From: SAR202 cluster bacterium Io17-Chloro-G2
Lineage (GTDB): Bacteria > Chloroflexota > Dehalococcoidia > Lucifugimonadales > UBA3495
Length of the DNA: 64,000 bases
NCBI GenBank assembly: GCA_002816875.1
Contig: MUCP01000017.1
Location: 3,030-67,029, forward strand
Reading direction: 5' to 3'
Made by a program: the position numbers and the translations under genes. Positions 29,334 through 38,731 of this stretch are shown here, in pieces; within the stretch, counting starts at the first letter, position 1; every line of letters begins with the position of its first letter. The notes beneath the pieces are model-generated. The model was given only the letters and a program-made list of their open reading frames with translations, was not told where the DNA came from and ran no database searches.

Positions 29334-30608
29334 CTAATGCGTCCCAATGCTCTGCTTGTTCCGAATGCCGCGTCCGGCAGTTTCATGCACCACCACCATC
29401 ACCCCAAGGGCAGTTGCCACCAATAGAATGGCATCTATCCCCAAGGACCATGCGAAGCCGAGCAGGTCGGCGACCCCTCCCAGCAGTATGGCCCCCAGCA
29501 AGGAACCGGCGCCGCCGAAAGTCCGGAATAATCCCATGGTGACCCCTTCTAAACCCGGAGGCGCGATGTCGGCGAAATACGCCACCAGGGGAGGGCCGGC
29601 TAGCCCCTCGCCCAAGCCCAACAGGACTCCTGAGATGACCAGTCCGGGGAAGCTATTCGTGTAGATGAATAGCAATATGCCAAGGGATATCAGCACCACA
29701 GCTGGAACGACGGTTACCTTCCTCCCGAACCGGTCGGCGATGAATCCTGACGCCAGGGTCGTGAAAAACTGGGGTAGGTGGGTGATCGCTATGAAGATTC
29801 CTAACTGGCTCGGTTGAAAGCCTTTGGCTTCGCCGTAAAGGGGCATAACCGTGAAACGTCCGCCTTGCCGGTTAGCCACTATCATCATTCCCAGCAGTCC
29901 CACCAGGATAAACCCGGGGTTGAGCAGAAGTCTGCGGTATGCCCCGGGCGGAGTGGCCCCAGATGCGCCAGGTCCGCTGGAACGAGTGGACCGGCCTGCA
30001 GGCAAGGACGAGCCAACCGGCCATGGCCTGGTTTCGGGGACCCCAAACACCACTACAAACATTCCCACCAACATCAACAGACCCTGAAAATAAAGGGGCG
30101 CCCGCAGGCCCATGTGGTCGCCCATAAATCCGCCGATGACCGGTCCAATGCTCTGGGCAGCCAGGATACTCAATTCGTGCAAGCTCAGAAATCTAGCCCG
30201 GTTTTCAGGCCGGGAAACGTCGCTGAGAAAAACCGAGACTGCGGTAGTGGTCATGGTGGAGCCGATGCCCGAGACCATCCGCCATCCCACCAGCCAGCGG
30301 TAGCTAAATGAGATGGCCACCATAAACGCGCCCAGGGAGTTGACCGCCGTGCCCAGAATCAGCACGAACCTGCGGCCAAGCCTCTGGGTCAGGTATCCGG
30401 CGGGCAGGCTGACAAAAATGCGCCCCACGCCAAAGAGGCCCACGGCCAGGCCAACCTGGGTGCGGCTGACGTGGAATTCTTGATCTACGAACAGGGGAAG
30501 CACGGGGGCTATCATTCCCATCCCCAATGAGCCGGCGAAGATGGAAACACACAGGAACGCCACACCCCGGTTCCGGCTCAGGGCAAGGGCGAAATTTGAT
30601 GGCTTCAA
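29334..30608 (-). CDS. MFS transporter
   Basis: About 12 hydrophobic segments, G.L.QRLGRR and ADRFGRK motifs; TTG start overlapping the upstream TGA. Confidence 0.88.
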   Translation of the reverse strand: MKPSNFALALSRNRGVAFLCVSIFAGSLGMGMIAPVLPLFVDQEFHVSRTQVGLAVGLFGVGRIFVSLPAGYLTQRLGRRFVLILGTAVNSLGAFMVAISFSYRWLVGWRMVSGIGSTMTTTAVSVFLSDVSRPENRARFLSLHELSILAAQSIGPVIGGFMGDHMGLRAPLYFQGLLMLVGMFVVVFGVPETRPWPVGSSLPAGRSTRSSGPGASGATPPGAYRRLLLNPGFILVGLLGMMIVANRQGGRFTVMPLYGEAKGFQPSQLGIFIAITHLPQFFTTLASGFIADRFGRKVTVVPAVVLISLGILLFIYTNSFPGLVISGVLLGLGEGLAGPPLVAYFADIAPPGLEGVTMGLFRTFGGAGSLLGAILLGGVADLLGFAWSLGIDAILLVATALGVMVVVHETAGRGIRNKQSIGTH

Positions 30609-30835
30609 AGCTCCGGACCGGGATTCAGGTCCGGTCCGGATGCTTGAGTGGACCGCGGGATGACATCTTTGACCCGACGCTCCAGATATGACCTGCCCAG
30701 GAGGACGTGCCTGCCGCACTTTTGGCAGGTCAATCCTATGTCGGCGCCCAGACGGCCCACCTGCCAAAGGCTGTTGCCGCAGGGATGGGCCTTTTTCATC
30801 CGGAGGACATCCCCCACCTTGATATCTAAGGCCAT
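30605..30835 (-). CDS. DUF951-family small protein
   Basis: GDVLRMKKAHPCG..W...RLGADI...C..CGR. Confidence 0.85.
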   Translation of the reverse strand: MALDIKVGDVLRMKKAHPCGNSLWQVGRLGADIGLTCQKCGRHVLLGRSYLERRVKDVIPRSTQASGPDLNPGPEL

Positions 30836-31662
30836 CCCTTGCCCTCGGCGTCTAGAATGGTGTTGATTGCGTCTCGTAACTTGGCGGCCTCCCGGCCGGC
30901 CGCCTGGGCAAAATTCGGTCCCTGGGAGGCGTAGATTATTCCCCGGGACGAGTTGATGATGGCCCGGCGTCCGTTGCTTGCGGCGCCTTGCTGAACGGCG
31001 GATTCCAGGGCGCCGCCCTGGGCGCCCACGCCGGGAATCAATATGGGCATGTTGGGGCAGATGTCGCGGACCGCCTTAAGTTGATCCGGAACGGTGGCCC
31101 CCACCACAAGACCCAAGTTGTTCGCGGCGCTCCAGGTCTTGACCTCCCTAGCCAGGTGCTGGTACTGGGGCATGTTTCCGTGCGGGGTTGAGACGCTCAG
31201 GTCTTGGAGGTCCGATGAGCCGGGGTTGGAGCCTCGGCACCACACGAAAACCCCCCGGCCGGGTTGGGTTAGAAATGGCTCCACGGTATCGCGGCCCCCC
31301 CAGGCGTTCACCGTCACCGCGTCGAAATCCCACACCTGGAACATGGCGTGGGCATAGGCCGTGCCGGAATTACCGATGTCGCCCCTCTTGGCGTCGCCAA
31401 TGATGATGGCTTGAGGCGCGGCCTGGCGAATGTGGGCGATGGTAACCTCCAGCGCCTTCAATCCAGGAATGCCCAGCGCCTCGTAAAACGCCAGATTGGG
31501 CTTGTAGCAGCAGACCAGGCCGGCAGTGGCGTCCACTATGGCCGCATTGAAGTCTGCAACATCCGGTATGGGCATCTTGTCGGGATCCACGTCCAGGCCC
31601 ACACAAACCAAGCTTTGATTGGCCGCGCAGGCCCCATCCAGCCGGCTAAGGAAATCAGTCAA
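30826..31662 (-). CDS. pyrF: Orotidine-5'-phosphate decarboxylase (type 2)
   Basis: CVGLD, YKPNLAFYE, DAKRGDIGNS, SNPG, GLVVGAT, LIPGVGAQGG, NSSRGIIYA. Confidence 0.95.
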   Translation of the reverse strand: MTDFLSRLDGACAANQSLVCVGLDVDPDKMPIPDVADFNAAIVDATAGLVCCYKPNLAFYEALGIPGLKALEVTIAHIRQAAPQAIIIGDAKRGDIGNSGTAYAHAMFQVWDFDAVTVNAWGGRDTVEPFLTQPGRGVFVWCRGSNPGSSDLQDLSVSTPHGNMPQYQHLAREVKTWSAANNLGLVVGATVPDQLKAVRDICPNMPILIPGVGAQGGALESAVQQGAASNGRRAIINSSRGIIYASQGPNFAQAAGREAAKLRDAINTILDAEGKGWP

Positions 31663-31877
31663 CTTTGGACTCCATTCTCGGGCTTCCTGAAGGTACCGGT
31701 AAAGGAGGATTAAATCATATTACGAGGCAGGCGCACGGGTCCGCCCACCGTATTATATCGCCTGGTATCCAGCGGGGCTATCGTGATCTGGCCATCCGGA
31801 TCAGAACCGCTTGCCCGCCTTCCACTCCATTGTTACCATCCCGTTATGGCGGCTCATGCAGCGTTTCGGGTGTTCCC

Positions 31878-32633
31878 ATGGACCTAGGACCGGATTTGGT
31901 AGAAGGGGTGTTTATAGAACGCCTCAACCGGTTTGCGGCTCTGGTGGAGATCAACGGCAACCGGGAAATGGTCCACGTGGCCAACTCTGGCCGGATGCGG
32001 GAGTTGTTTGTGCCTGGCTACCGGGTATTGGTGAAACCCCAACCTGGAGAACACCGCAAAACCAAGTTCGACCTAGCGTTGGTGGATATGGGGTTCGGCT
32101 TGGCCTCGGCCGACGCCCGCCTGCCCAATGCCCTGGTGCGGGAGGCCCTGAATGGTGGACGGTTGCCCCAATTTGCCGATTATCCTGACGTGAGGCCTGA
32201 ATCCACGTTCGGTGAAAGCAGATTGGATTTTCTGTTGGAGGGGCCGGCGGGCAAATGCTATTTGGAAACCAAGTCGGTGACCCTGGTGGAAAAGGGCGTG
32301 GGGCTTTTTCCCGACGCGCCTACGTTGCGGGGGGCCAAGCATCTGAAGAGTCTGGAAGAGGCGTTGGCCGGCGGGCACCGGGGGGCAGCCATATTTGTGA
32401 TCCAGCGCGACGACGCCCAAGCCTTCTCCACCAGCGATGATTCCGACCCGGAATTCGCCCTAGCCCTTCGCCACGCTCTGGCCGTGGGAGTCGAGGCTTT
32501 TGCCTATAAGTGCCGGGTGACCGAGAGGTTGGTGGAATTGGCGGAGCAGTTGCCAATCCGGCTGGCGCCGCTGTCTAGCCCGGACAATCTGGATAGCTCC
32601 AACGCCCCAGAGGCTGCAGATGGGCAACGGTGA
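31878..32633 (+). CDS. sfsA: DNA/RNA nuclease SfsA
   Basis: RLNRF, HVANSGRMREL, SRLDFLL, ETKSVTL, FPDAPTLRG.KHL. Confidence 0.93.
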   Translation: MDLGPDLVEGVFIERLNRFAALVEINGNREMVHVANSGRMRELFVPGYRVLVKPQPGEHRKTKFDLALVDMGFGLASADARLPNALVREALNGGRLPQFADYPDVRPESTFGESRLDFLLEGPAGKCYLETKSVTLVEKGVGLFPDAPTLRGAKHLKSLEEALAGGHRGAAIFVIQRDDAQAFSTSDDSDPEFALALRHALAVGVEAFAYKCRVTERLVELAEQLPIRLAPLSSPDNLDSSNAPEAADGQR

Positions 32634-33333
32634 CTCTTCCCAGGCCCAAGACCCGCTTGGGATCCCGGCGGTCTTGGAAATGGTCTACTCTCGGCTCTAC
32701 AGGGAATATGGGCCCCAGCACTGGTGGCCGGGAGACGGGCCTCTTGACGTGGTGATCGGGGCGATCCTGACCCAGTCTGCCGCCTGGCGCAACGTGGAAA
32801 TGGCCCTTGCCAATCTAAAGGGGGCTGGATGCTGGTCTCTGGATACGATCCATCGTAAGCCTCAAGATGAATTGGCCGCCATCATCCGTCCCTCGGGATA
32901 TTTCAACGCCAAGGCCCGCAAGCTGAAGGCATTCGCCGCCCATATCACGTCAAATTACGCCGGACACCTGGACCGGTTCCTGGCCCTCGACTTAGCGCCG
33001 CTCCGCGAAGAACTCCTTTCGATTCACGGCATTGGCCCCGAAACCGCCGACGACATCATCCTATATGCCGCGGAGAAACCCTCCTTCGTGATTGACTCCT
33101 ATACCCGGCGCATCGTTGCGCGGCTGGGAATCACCCCTGAGGGAATGCCCGATACCTACGATGCCCATCAGGCCCTGTTCCAGCGCAACCTGGCGCCGGA
33201 TTCCAAGATGTTCAACGAGTATCACGCCCTGTTGGACCGCCACGCCAAGGAGACCTGCGCCAAGGTCCCCGGTTGCTCCCGCTGTTGCCTCCGCGAGATG
33301 TGCGCCACCGGTGGCGCAACCGCCGGAAGCTAG
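32620..33333 (+). CDS. Endonuclease III-like HhH-GPD DNA glycosylase with 4Fe-4S motif
   Basis: GPQHWWP, GAILTQ, LLSIHGIGPETAD, C..VPGCSRCCLREMC. Confidence 0.88.
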   Translation: MGNGDSSQAQDPLGIPAVLEMVYSRLYREYGPQHWWPGDGPLDVVIGAILTQSAAWRNVEMALANLKGAGCWSLDTIHRKPQDELAAIIRPSGYFNAKARKLKAFAAHITSNYAGHLDRFLALDLAPLREELLSIHGIGPETADDIILYAAEKPSFVIDSYTRRIVARLGITPEGMPDTYDAHQALFQRNLAPDSKMFNEYHALLDRHAKETCAKVPGCSRCCLREMCATGGATAGS

Positions 33334-33424
33334 CCCATTTCCGGTCCTCATGCGGCCGGGCCATCGGCTTGCCTCGTGTCCCGCCAGCCTCGGTTTACAT
33401 AAGACTTTCAGAATGGTCTCCGGA

Positions 33425-33453
33425 TTGACGTAACGTGGGGCAGTGGTTATCAT
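33425..33453 (+). promoter_or_regulatory. sigma70-type promoter
   Basis: TTGACG-17 bp-TATCAT upstream of the ORF at 33476. Confidence 0.6.
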
Positions 33454-33475
33454 TGCGCCATTCGCCTAGCCGCAG

Positions 33476-33925
33476 ATGAGAATGTCAAGTAGGCAAACAA
33501 TACAATCTGGACCAGAATTGCTGAACAGCCTCTTAGCGGATGGCCAATTGGCCAACAACCTTTTCCGCGGGGCCAGGCCCAAGTTCCAAATGTTGCTTAC
33601 CCTTAGTGGATGGTGCCCAAAATGTGGGGCATCCCTGGTCATGGAATACGCCTCGAATCCGGGACATTACCAAGGCAAGATGTTGAGCGTGGTAATCACC
33701 TGCGCCGACCGGTGCGATAAAAGTAACTTGGAGCCGGCCTGCGGTCCTGCCGAGCCAAATGCCGGGCAATCCCATTGGTGGCTGGACGAAGACGATATCA
33801 CCGGCGAATTGGAAGCCATCATCCAGTCCCTCCCCCGGGGCGAGGCGGAGTTGGCAAGGATATTGAACTCCACCACCGCCCGGTTAAACGGCGCCTGGCA
33901 GAAGACGGCCGGCGCGGTCTCTTAA
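33476..33925 (+). CDS. Hypothetical protein with possible Zn-binding cysteines
   Basis: CPKC and CADRC; strong upstream promoter. Confidence 0.6.
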   Translation: MRMSSRQTIQSGPELLNSLLADGQLANNLFRGARPKFQMLLTLSGWCPKCGASLVMEYASNPGHYQGKMLSVVITCADRCDKSNLEPACGPAEPNAGQSHWWLDEDDITGELEAIIQSLPRGEAELARILNSTTARLNGAWQKTAGAVS

Positions 33926-33993
33926 CCCTACCCGCCTCATTCGGCTCCTGCCAAATTCGCAAACCGATCGATTCAGCCCCTAAGGATAGCTAT

Positions 33994-34344
33994 ATGCAGG
34001 TGGTCAGAATCTATACAGGCCCCGATGAAGAATCTCATTTTGAAGATTTGGACCTGGGCTACCAGGAAGTTGCCAACGCCCAGCAGAGCGCCACCCAATC
34101 CGCCACGGGCATACAGTTTAGAAGGACACCACCCGGCCGGTTCAGCGATTTCCATAATGCGCCCCGCCGCCAGTATGTGATCACTCTTGAAGGCCAAATG
34201 GAATTGGGCCTGGGGGACGGCACCAAGCGAATATTCAACCCCGGAGATGTGCTGCTGGCCGATGACCTCACCGGACGAGGGCATACTACGGCTGTCTACG
34301 GAAACGTGCACCGCGTATCGATCAGTATTCCTTTGGTGGATTAA
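33994..34344 (+). CDS. Cupin-like protein
   Basis: RIYTGPDEESHFED, FHNAPRRQYVITLEG, GDVLLADDLTGRGH. Confidence 0.85.
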   Translation: MQVVRIYTGPDEESHFEDLDLGYQEVANAQQSATQSATGIQFRRTPPGRFSDFHNAPRRQYVITLEGQMELGLGDGTKRIFNPGDVLLADDLTGRGHTTAVYGNVHRVSISIPLVD

Positions 34345-34476
34345 CTGCCCGGGAAGCACGCGCCCGCCACCATTCTCCCGGTTGATCAACGTCCCGTAGG
34401 AGATCACCTATGGTGATACTTCCCACGGCATCCCCGCAACGGCAGAGAAATCCTAGAATCAGAAGGAGAGATTTTC

Positions 34477-34926
34477 ATGTTCAAGACGATAAATTTGGAT
34501 CATGTAGCGGTCAATACCAATGACATGGAAGCCACGGTCCAGTTCTATTGTGGGGTTTTGGGCATGCGGCTGGCCCGCACAATGCGCACCGGCGATGGCC
34601 GCCGCCACTACAACATAGACATCGGCGGAGGCAATGCGTTTGCCTTTTTTGAGAGCTCGGAAAAGCTAGAAGGGTCAACGGCCCAGCATCTTAACCACTT
34701 TGCCATTCCAGTGGCTACCGAGGAAGAGTTCAACGACTCGTTGCAACGCCTAACTGAGGCTGGCGCTGTGGTGACCGACGTCATTGAAAGGGGATACGGC
34801 AAGACCTTCTATTTTCAGGACCCCAACGGCATACGGCTACAGATCGAGCTGCAAAGCCGCCAAGACGATTCGGACCCCAGCGGCGACCCAGACCCGGTCC
34901 CCTCGGCCGCAAAATACCTGGCTTAG
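34477..34926 (+). CDS. VOC/glyoxalase family protein
   Basis: LDHVAV..DMEATVQFY..VLG, NHFAI, FYFQDPNGIRLQI. Confidence 0.88.
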   Translation: MFKTINLDHVAVNTNDMEATVQFYCGVLGMRLARTMRTGDGRRHYNIDIGGGNAFAFFESSEKLEGSTAQHLNHFAIPVATEEEFNDSLQRLTEAGAVVTDVIERGYGKTFYFQDPNGIRLQIELQSRQDDSDPSGDPDPVPSAAKYLA

Positions 34927-35127
34927 GCCCACGGGAAGGTTCACATTGAGGCCCGACAAGCCCGTCCCGAGAGGAGTCGAAGGGGTTGTCTTGAGCCTGA
35001 CCGGTCGGGAGGAAGCGCTCACGGTGACCGGGATTTGGTTAGGCCGAGCGCACCCGGTTCACCAGCGGCGGCGTTGGCCACCCGCTTGAGTCATCCTCCT
35101 GTCTGAACCCAACCCAAATCACCAAAA

Positions 35128-35236
35128 CCGCTCATCCTGAGCTTGTCGAAGGACCAGCCACCATGGGCAGCCGTCGCCAAGGATTGACGCATGCGCTGGT
35201 TCCATTGCTGTGGTTCGACAGGCTCACCATGAGCGG
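35128..35236. repeat. REPIN-like inverted pair (same family as the 9.7-10.4 kb array)
   Basis: CCGCTCATCCTGAGCTTGTCGAAGG ... GGTTCGACAGGCTCACCATGAGCGG. Confidence 0.85.
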
Positions 35237-35412
35237 GGGTTAGTTCACAGCCATTGGCCACGGGCCTTGGAAACCACCCTGGCCGAAAGGGCACTCAGCG
35301 CAAAAGTTTGACCCAAACCCTGAGCAATCGATAGCGGTCAAAATGACCCGGCTACTGCACCGGTCCTCGCAGGAAGCCACAAGTCAGAAACAGACCGCCC
35401 GGGAGGAAACGC

Positions 35413-36228
35413 GTGCCCACCGTTCAGTTGGACCCCACCCTGGAAATGTACTACGAGGATGACGATTACACCGATCCGTGGCGCACGCCCGAGGCGGTGG
35501 TCCTGCACCACGGCAACGCCAAGAACACCCAGTTGTGGTACGCCTGGGTCCCACTGCTGGCCCGTCAATACCGGGTGGTGCGCTTGGACGCCCGGGGTTT
35601 CGGCCGTTCCTCGGTCCCGCCCGAGGGTTATGACTGGTCGTTGAGCAACTTCGCCGGAGACCTGTTGGGTCTGTTGGATTTCTTGGGGTTGGATCGGGTC
35701 CACCTAATCGGCGAGACGGTGGGCGGGACAATTTCGCTACGATTCGCCCACGAGCATCCCGAACGCTTGAAGAGCCTGACGGTTTGCACCTCGCCCTACA
35801 AGTTTGCCGGTGTGTCCACCTACCAGGATTATTACCGGCTGGTGCAGGAATCCGGCGTTCCAGCCTGGGCGCGGGAAACCGGGAACCGGCGGGTGGACCC
35901 CGATGCCGACCCGGAGCACCACGAGTGGTACATCCAGCAAATGTCTCAGACTTCTAAGCGGGTGGTGTTGGAGACCCTGGCTTACCTGTCAACCCAGGAT
36001 CTGTCGGACATCCTGCCCCAGATAGCGACCCCCACCATGATTCTGGTGGGTGAAAACAGCGTGGGAAATACCCCGGAGCGGACCCAAAGCATGGCCGATT
36101 TGATGCCCAACGCCCGGGTGGTGGAGATACCCGGCGCCGGCGGGTACGTCCAGCATTCGGCCCCGGAGAAATGCGTAGCGGCCTGGCACGAATTCATAGG
36201 CCGCCTGAGCCACGAGACCAAAAGCTAA
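35413..36228 (+). CDS. Alpha/beta hydrolase fold protein
   Basis: LHHG, DARGFGRS, HLIGETVGG (Thr at the nucleophile position), TMILVGE. Confidence 0.85.
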   Translation: MPTVQLDPTLEMYYEDDDYTDPWRTPEAVVLHHGNAKNTQLWYAWVPLLARQYRVVRLDARGFGRSSVPPEGYDWSLSNFAGDLLGLLDFLGLDRVHLIGETVGGTISLRFAHEHPERLKSLTVCTSPYKFAGVSTYQDYYRLVQESGVPAWARETGNRRVDPDADPEHHEWYIQQMSQTSKRVVLETLAYLSTQDLSDILPQIATPTMILVGENSVGNTPERTQSMADLMPNARVVEIPGAGGYVQHSAPEKCVAAWHEFIGRLSHETKS

Positions 36229-36391
36229 AAGCTGACCGCTGACAGCCGTTAGCTACACCTGGTTTTGCTAATACTCGGTAGAACCTTCCGTTCGCCCTAA
36301 GCTTGTCGGAGGGTCCTTCCCCGGCAGAATAGTTCGGCCCGATTGCATCGGGGTCACCACGAATGGGATTCATAAAGCTGAAGCCTGACAG

Positions 36392-37168
36392 TTAAAACAG
36401 CGACCTCGACTGGCCGCCGTCCACGTTTATGCAGGCCCCGGCCACCAGATCGGCCCTGTCCGACGCAAGAAAGGCCACCATCTCCCCGATCGGTTCCGGC
36501 CAGCCGAACTTTCCTGCGGGGAGGTTGTTGGCGATGAAATCGGCAACCACCTCTGGGGTGTTGGACTGCTGGAACCGGTCCCAGGTGCTGCCGGGAAAGT
36601 CGATGGAGCCGGGCGCGATGCAGTTGACCAGCACGTTGTACGGTATGGTCTGCAACGCCAGGTGCTTGGAAAAAGCGATGAGTCCCGCCTTGCCGGTCAT
36701 GTAGTCTATGGACCCGCCGTACTCCCGGCCGTATATCGAGGAGATGTTGATGATTCGCCCCCAACGCTGGCTCTTCATGTGGGGCAGCACCATGGCCACG
36801 AAACGCACGGGACTCACCAGGTTGAATTCCAATCCGTCGCGGAACTGGTCCAGGGTGGTCTCCTCGAACAAGCCCGAGCTCCGCCTTCCGCCGGCGTTGT
36901 TCACTAGGATGTCCGGCGGTCCCAGGTTTGCCACCGTTTCTTCATAGAACCGGTTGGAATCTGCCTCGTTGGTCACGTCGGCCTGGGTGCCGTGGACCTC
37001 AAACCCCTGGCCTTTGAATTCCTCCACCGTGGCTTCCAGTTGCTCCCGGCCCCGGGCGCAGATGGAAACCTTGCAACCCTCCCTGGCGAGGGTGTAAGCG
37101 GCCTGCTTGCCCAACCCGTGGCTGCCTCCCGTTATCATAGCTACTCTGGCGTTCAATCCCAGGTCCAT
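36392..37168 (-). CDS. SDR-family oxidoreductase
   Basis: TGGSHGLG, NNAG, YMTGK, VDGG; GGAGG RBS. Confidence 0.88.
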   Translation of the reverse strand: MDLGLNARVAMITGGSHGLGKQAAYTLAREGCKVSICARGREQLEATVEEFKGQGFEVHGTQADVTNEADSNRFYEETVANLGPPDILVNNAGGRRSSGLFEETTLDQFRDGLEFNLVSPVRFVAMVLPHMKSQRWGRIINISSIYGREYGGSIDYMTGKAGLIAFSKHLALQTIPYNVLVNCIAPGSIDFPGSTWDRFQQSNTPEVVADFIANNLPAGKFGWPEPIGEMVAFLASDRADLVAGACINVDGGQSRSLF

Positions 37169-37310
37169 GGCCACCTCCAGCGCAACGCTTGGTTGTTTCA
37201 AGAATTCCTCATCCCGTTGGCTCCTAGAAGACACGTTCGGGGCGAGGGCAGGGGAATTATAGCTTCTGGTCGTCTCCCTTGCACCATGTGTCACCCTGGC
37301 CCAATCACCA

Positions 37311-37437
37311 TGTCATCCTGAACCCTTCGCCCCGATCTATTCGGCTCGGGAAAACGCCGTGAAGGATCTAGATTCGGTGGCGGCCTCCGCCCCAGATGTT
37401 TCGCCCCGATGACGATTGGGGCTGGCTCAACATGACA
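37311..37437. repeat. GTCATCCTGA..GAAGGATCT / AGATGTTTCG..CAACATGAC REP pair
   Basis: Inverted TGTCAT...ATGACA ends; related remnants near 52235-52248 and 58793-58882. Confidence 0.6.
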
Positions 37438-37518
37438 TTTGGCGGAAACCCCTGCTTCTGACTGAGAGAGGTGTTATATAGTTACCGTGATGCCGAAACC
37501 GAACGTTGGAGCGCCTCG

Positions 37519-38727
37519 ATGCTTGCTCTCGAAGGGATCAAGATACTGGACTTCACCCGCAACGCGCCGGGCATGTTTTGCACCATGGTGTTGGGAGACC
37601 TGGGCGCCGATGTGCTGATGGTGGAGCGGCCCATGGACGCCCAATTGTCCGAATATCAAAGGCTTGTGGCCGGCATTAACAGCCCGGAAGACGAGCGGCG
37701 CAGGGCCGACTACAACGCTCTCCAACGCAACAAGCGCAGCATCACCCTAAATCTGCGAGAGCCGGAAGCCAGGGAGATCGTGTACAGCTTGGCGGGAGAC
37801 GCCGACGTGGTGGTAGAAGGCTTCCGTCCGGGAGTCATGGACCGGTTGGGCGTAGGCTATCAAAAGCTAGGCGGCATTAATCCCCGGTTGATCTATTGCT
37901 CCATATCGGGATACGGCCAGGACGGACCCTATGCCTCCATGGCCGGCCATGACATCAATTACATCTCCTTTGCGGCGGCGCTAGGGCTTTTCGGCCATTC
38001 CGAGGAGGAAAAACCGGCCATTCCCCTGAACCTGGTGGCTGATTACGCCGGCGGCGGCCTGTGTTCGGCAGTGGCGATCCTGGCTGCGTTGCTGGCCCGC
38101 GGCCAGACCGGCCGGGGCCAATACGTGGACATATCAATGACAGAGGGCGTGCTTTACATGATGGCGTCGCTGATCTCCGACCATTTTTCCGAGGGAGCGG
38201 TAGTAAAAAGGGGGACCAGCCGGCTCAACGGTGGCGCTCCCTACTACAACGTTTACCAGACCAAGGACGGCAAGTATTTCACCATCGCCGCCATAGAGCC
38301 CTGGTTCTGGCAGAATCTGTGCCGCGCCCTGAATCGGGAGGACTTGGTTTCTCACCAGAACGCCAAAGGAGAACAACGGTCCGAAGTCTACCGGGCGCTG
38401 CGGGATACATTTCTCACCCGCACCCGTGACGAATGGTTTGAGTTGCTAAGGGACGAGAGCATCTCGGTAGGCAAGGTTTACAGTCTGGCGGAAGCTCTGG
38501 CCGATCCTCAGGTCAGTCAAAGGGGAATGGTGGTGGAAGTGGAATCGCCCCATTCCCCCGGTGGCGTGATTCCCCAGGTGGGCATCCCGCTGCGGCTGTC
38601 GGACACACCGGGAAAAGTCCGCCATGTTGGCGCGGTGGCCGGCGAGCACACCGGCCAGGTGCTGGCCGGCCTGGGCTACACGCCCGGTCAGGTGGATGAC
38701 CTGCGCCGCCGCCAGGTGGTCGAATAG
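37519..38727 (+). CDS. CaiB/BaiF CoA-transferase (AMACR-like)
   Basis: LGDLGADV, RNKRSITLNL, EGFRPGVMDRLGVGY, AGHDINY, VADYAGG. Confidence 0.9.
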   Translation: MLALEGIKILDFTRNAPGMFCTMVLGDLGADVLMVERPMDAQLSEYQRLVAGINSPEDERRRADYNALQRNKRSITLNLREPEAREIVYSLAGDADVVVEGFRPGVMDRLGVGYQKLGGINPRLIYCSISGYGQDGPYASMAGHDINYISFAAALGLFGHSEEEKPAIPLNLVADYAGGGLCSAVAILAALLARGQTGRGQYVDISMTEGVLYMMASLISDHFSEGAVVKRGTSRLNGGAPYYNVYQTKDGKYFTIAAIEPWFWQNLCRALNREDLVSHQNAKGEQRSEVYRALRDTFLTRTRDEWFELLRDESISVGKVYSLAEALADPQVSQRGMVVEVESPHSPGGVIPQVGIPLRLSDTPGKVRHVGAVAGEHTGQVLAGLGYTPGQVDDLRRRQVVE

Positions 38728-38731
38728 GTCC

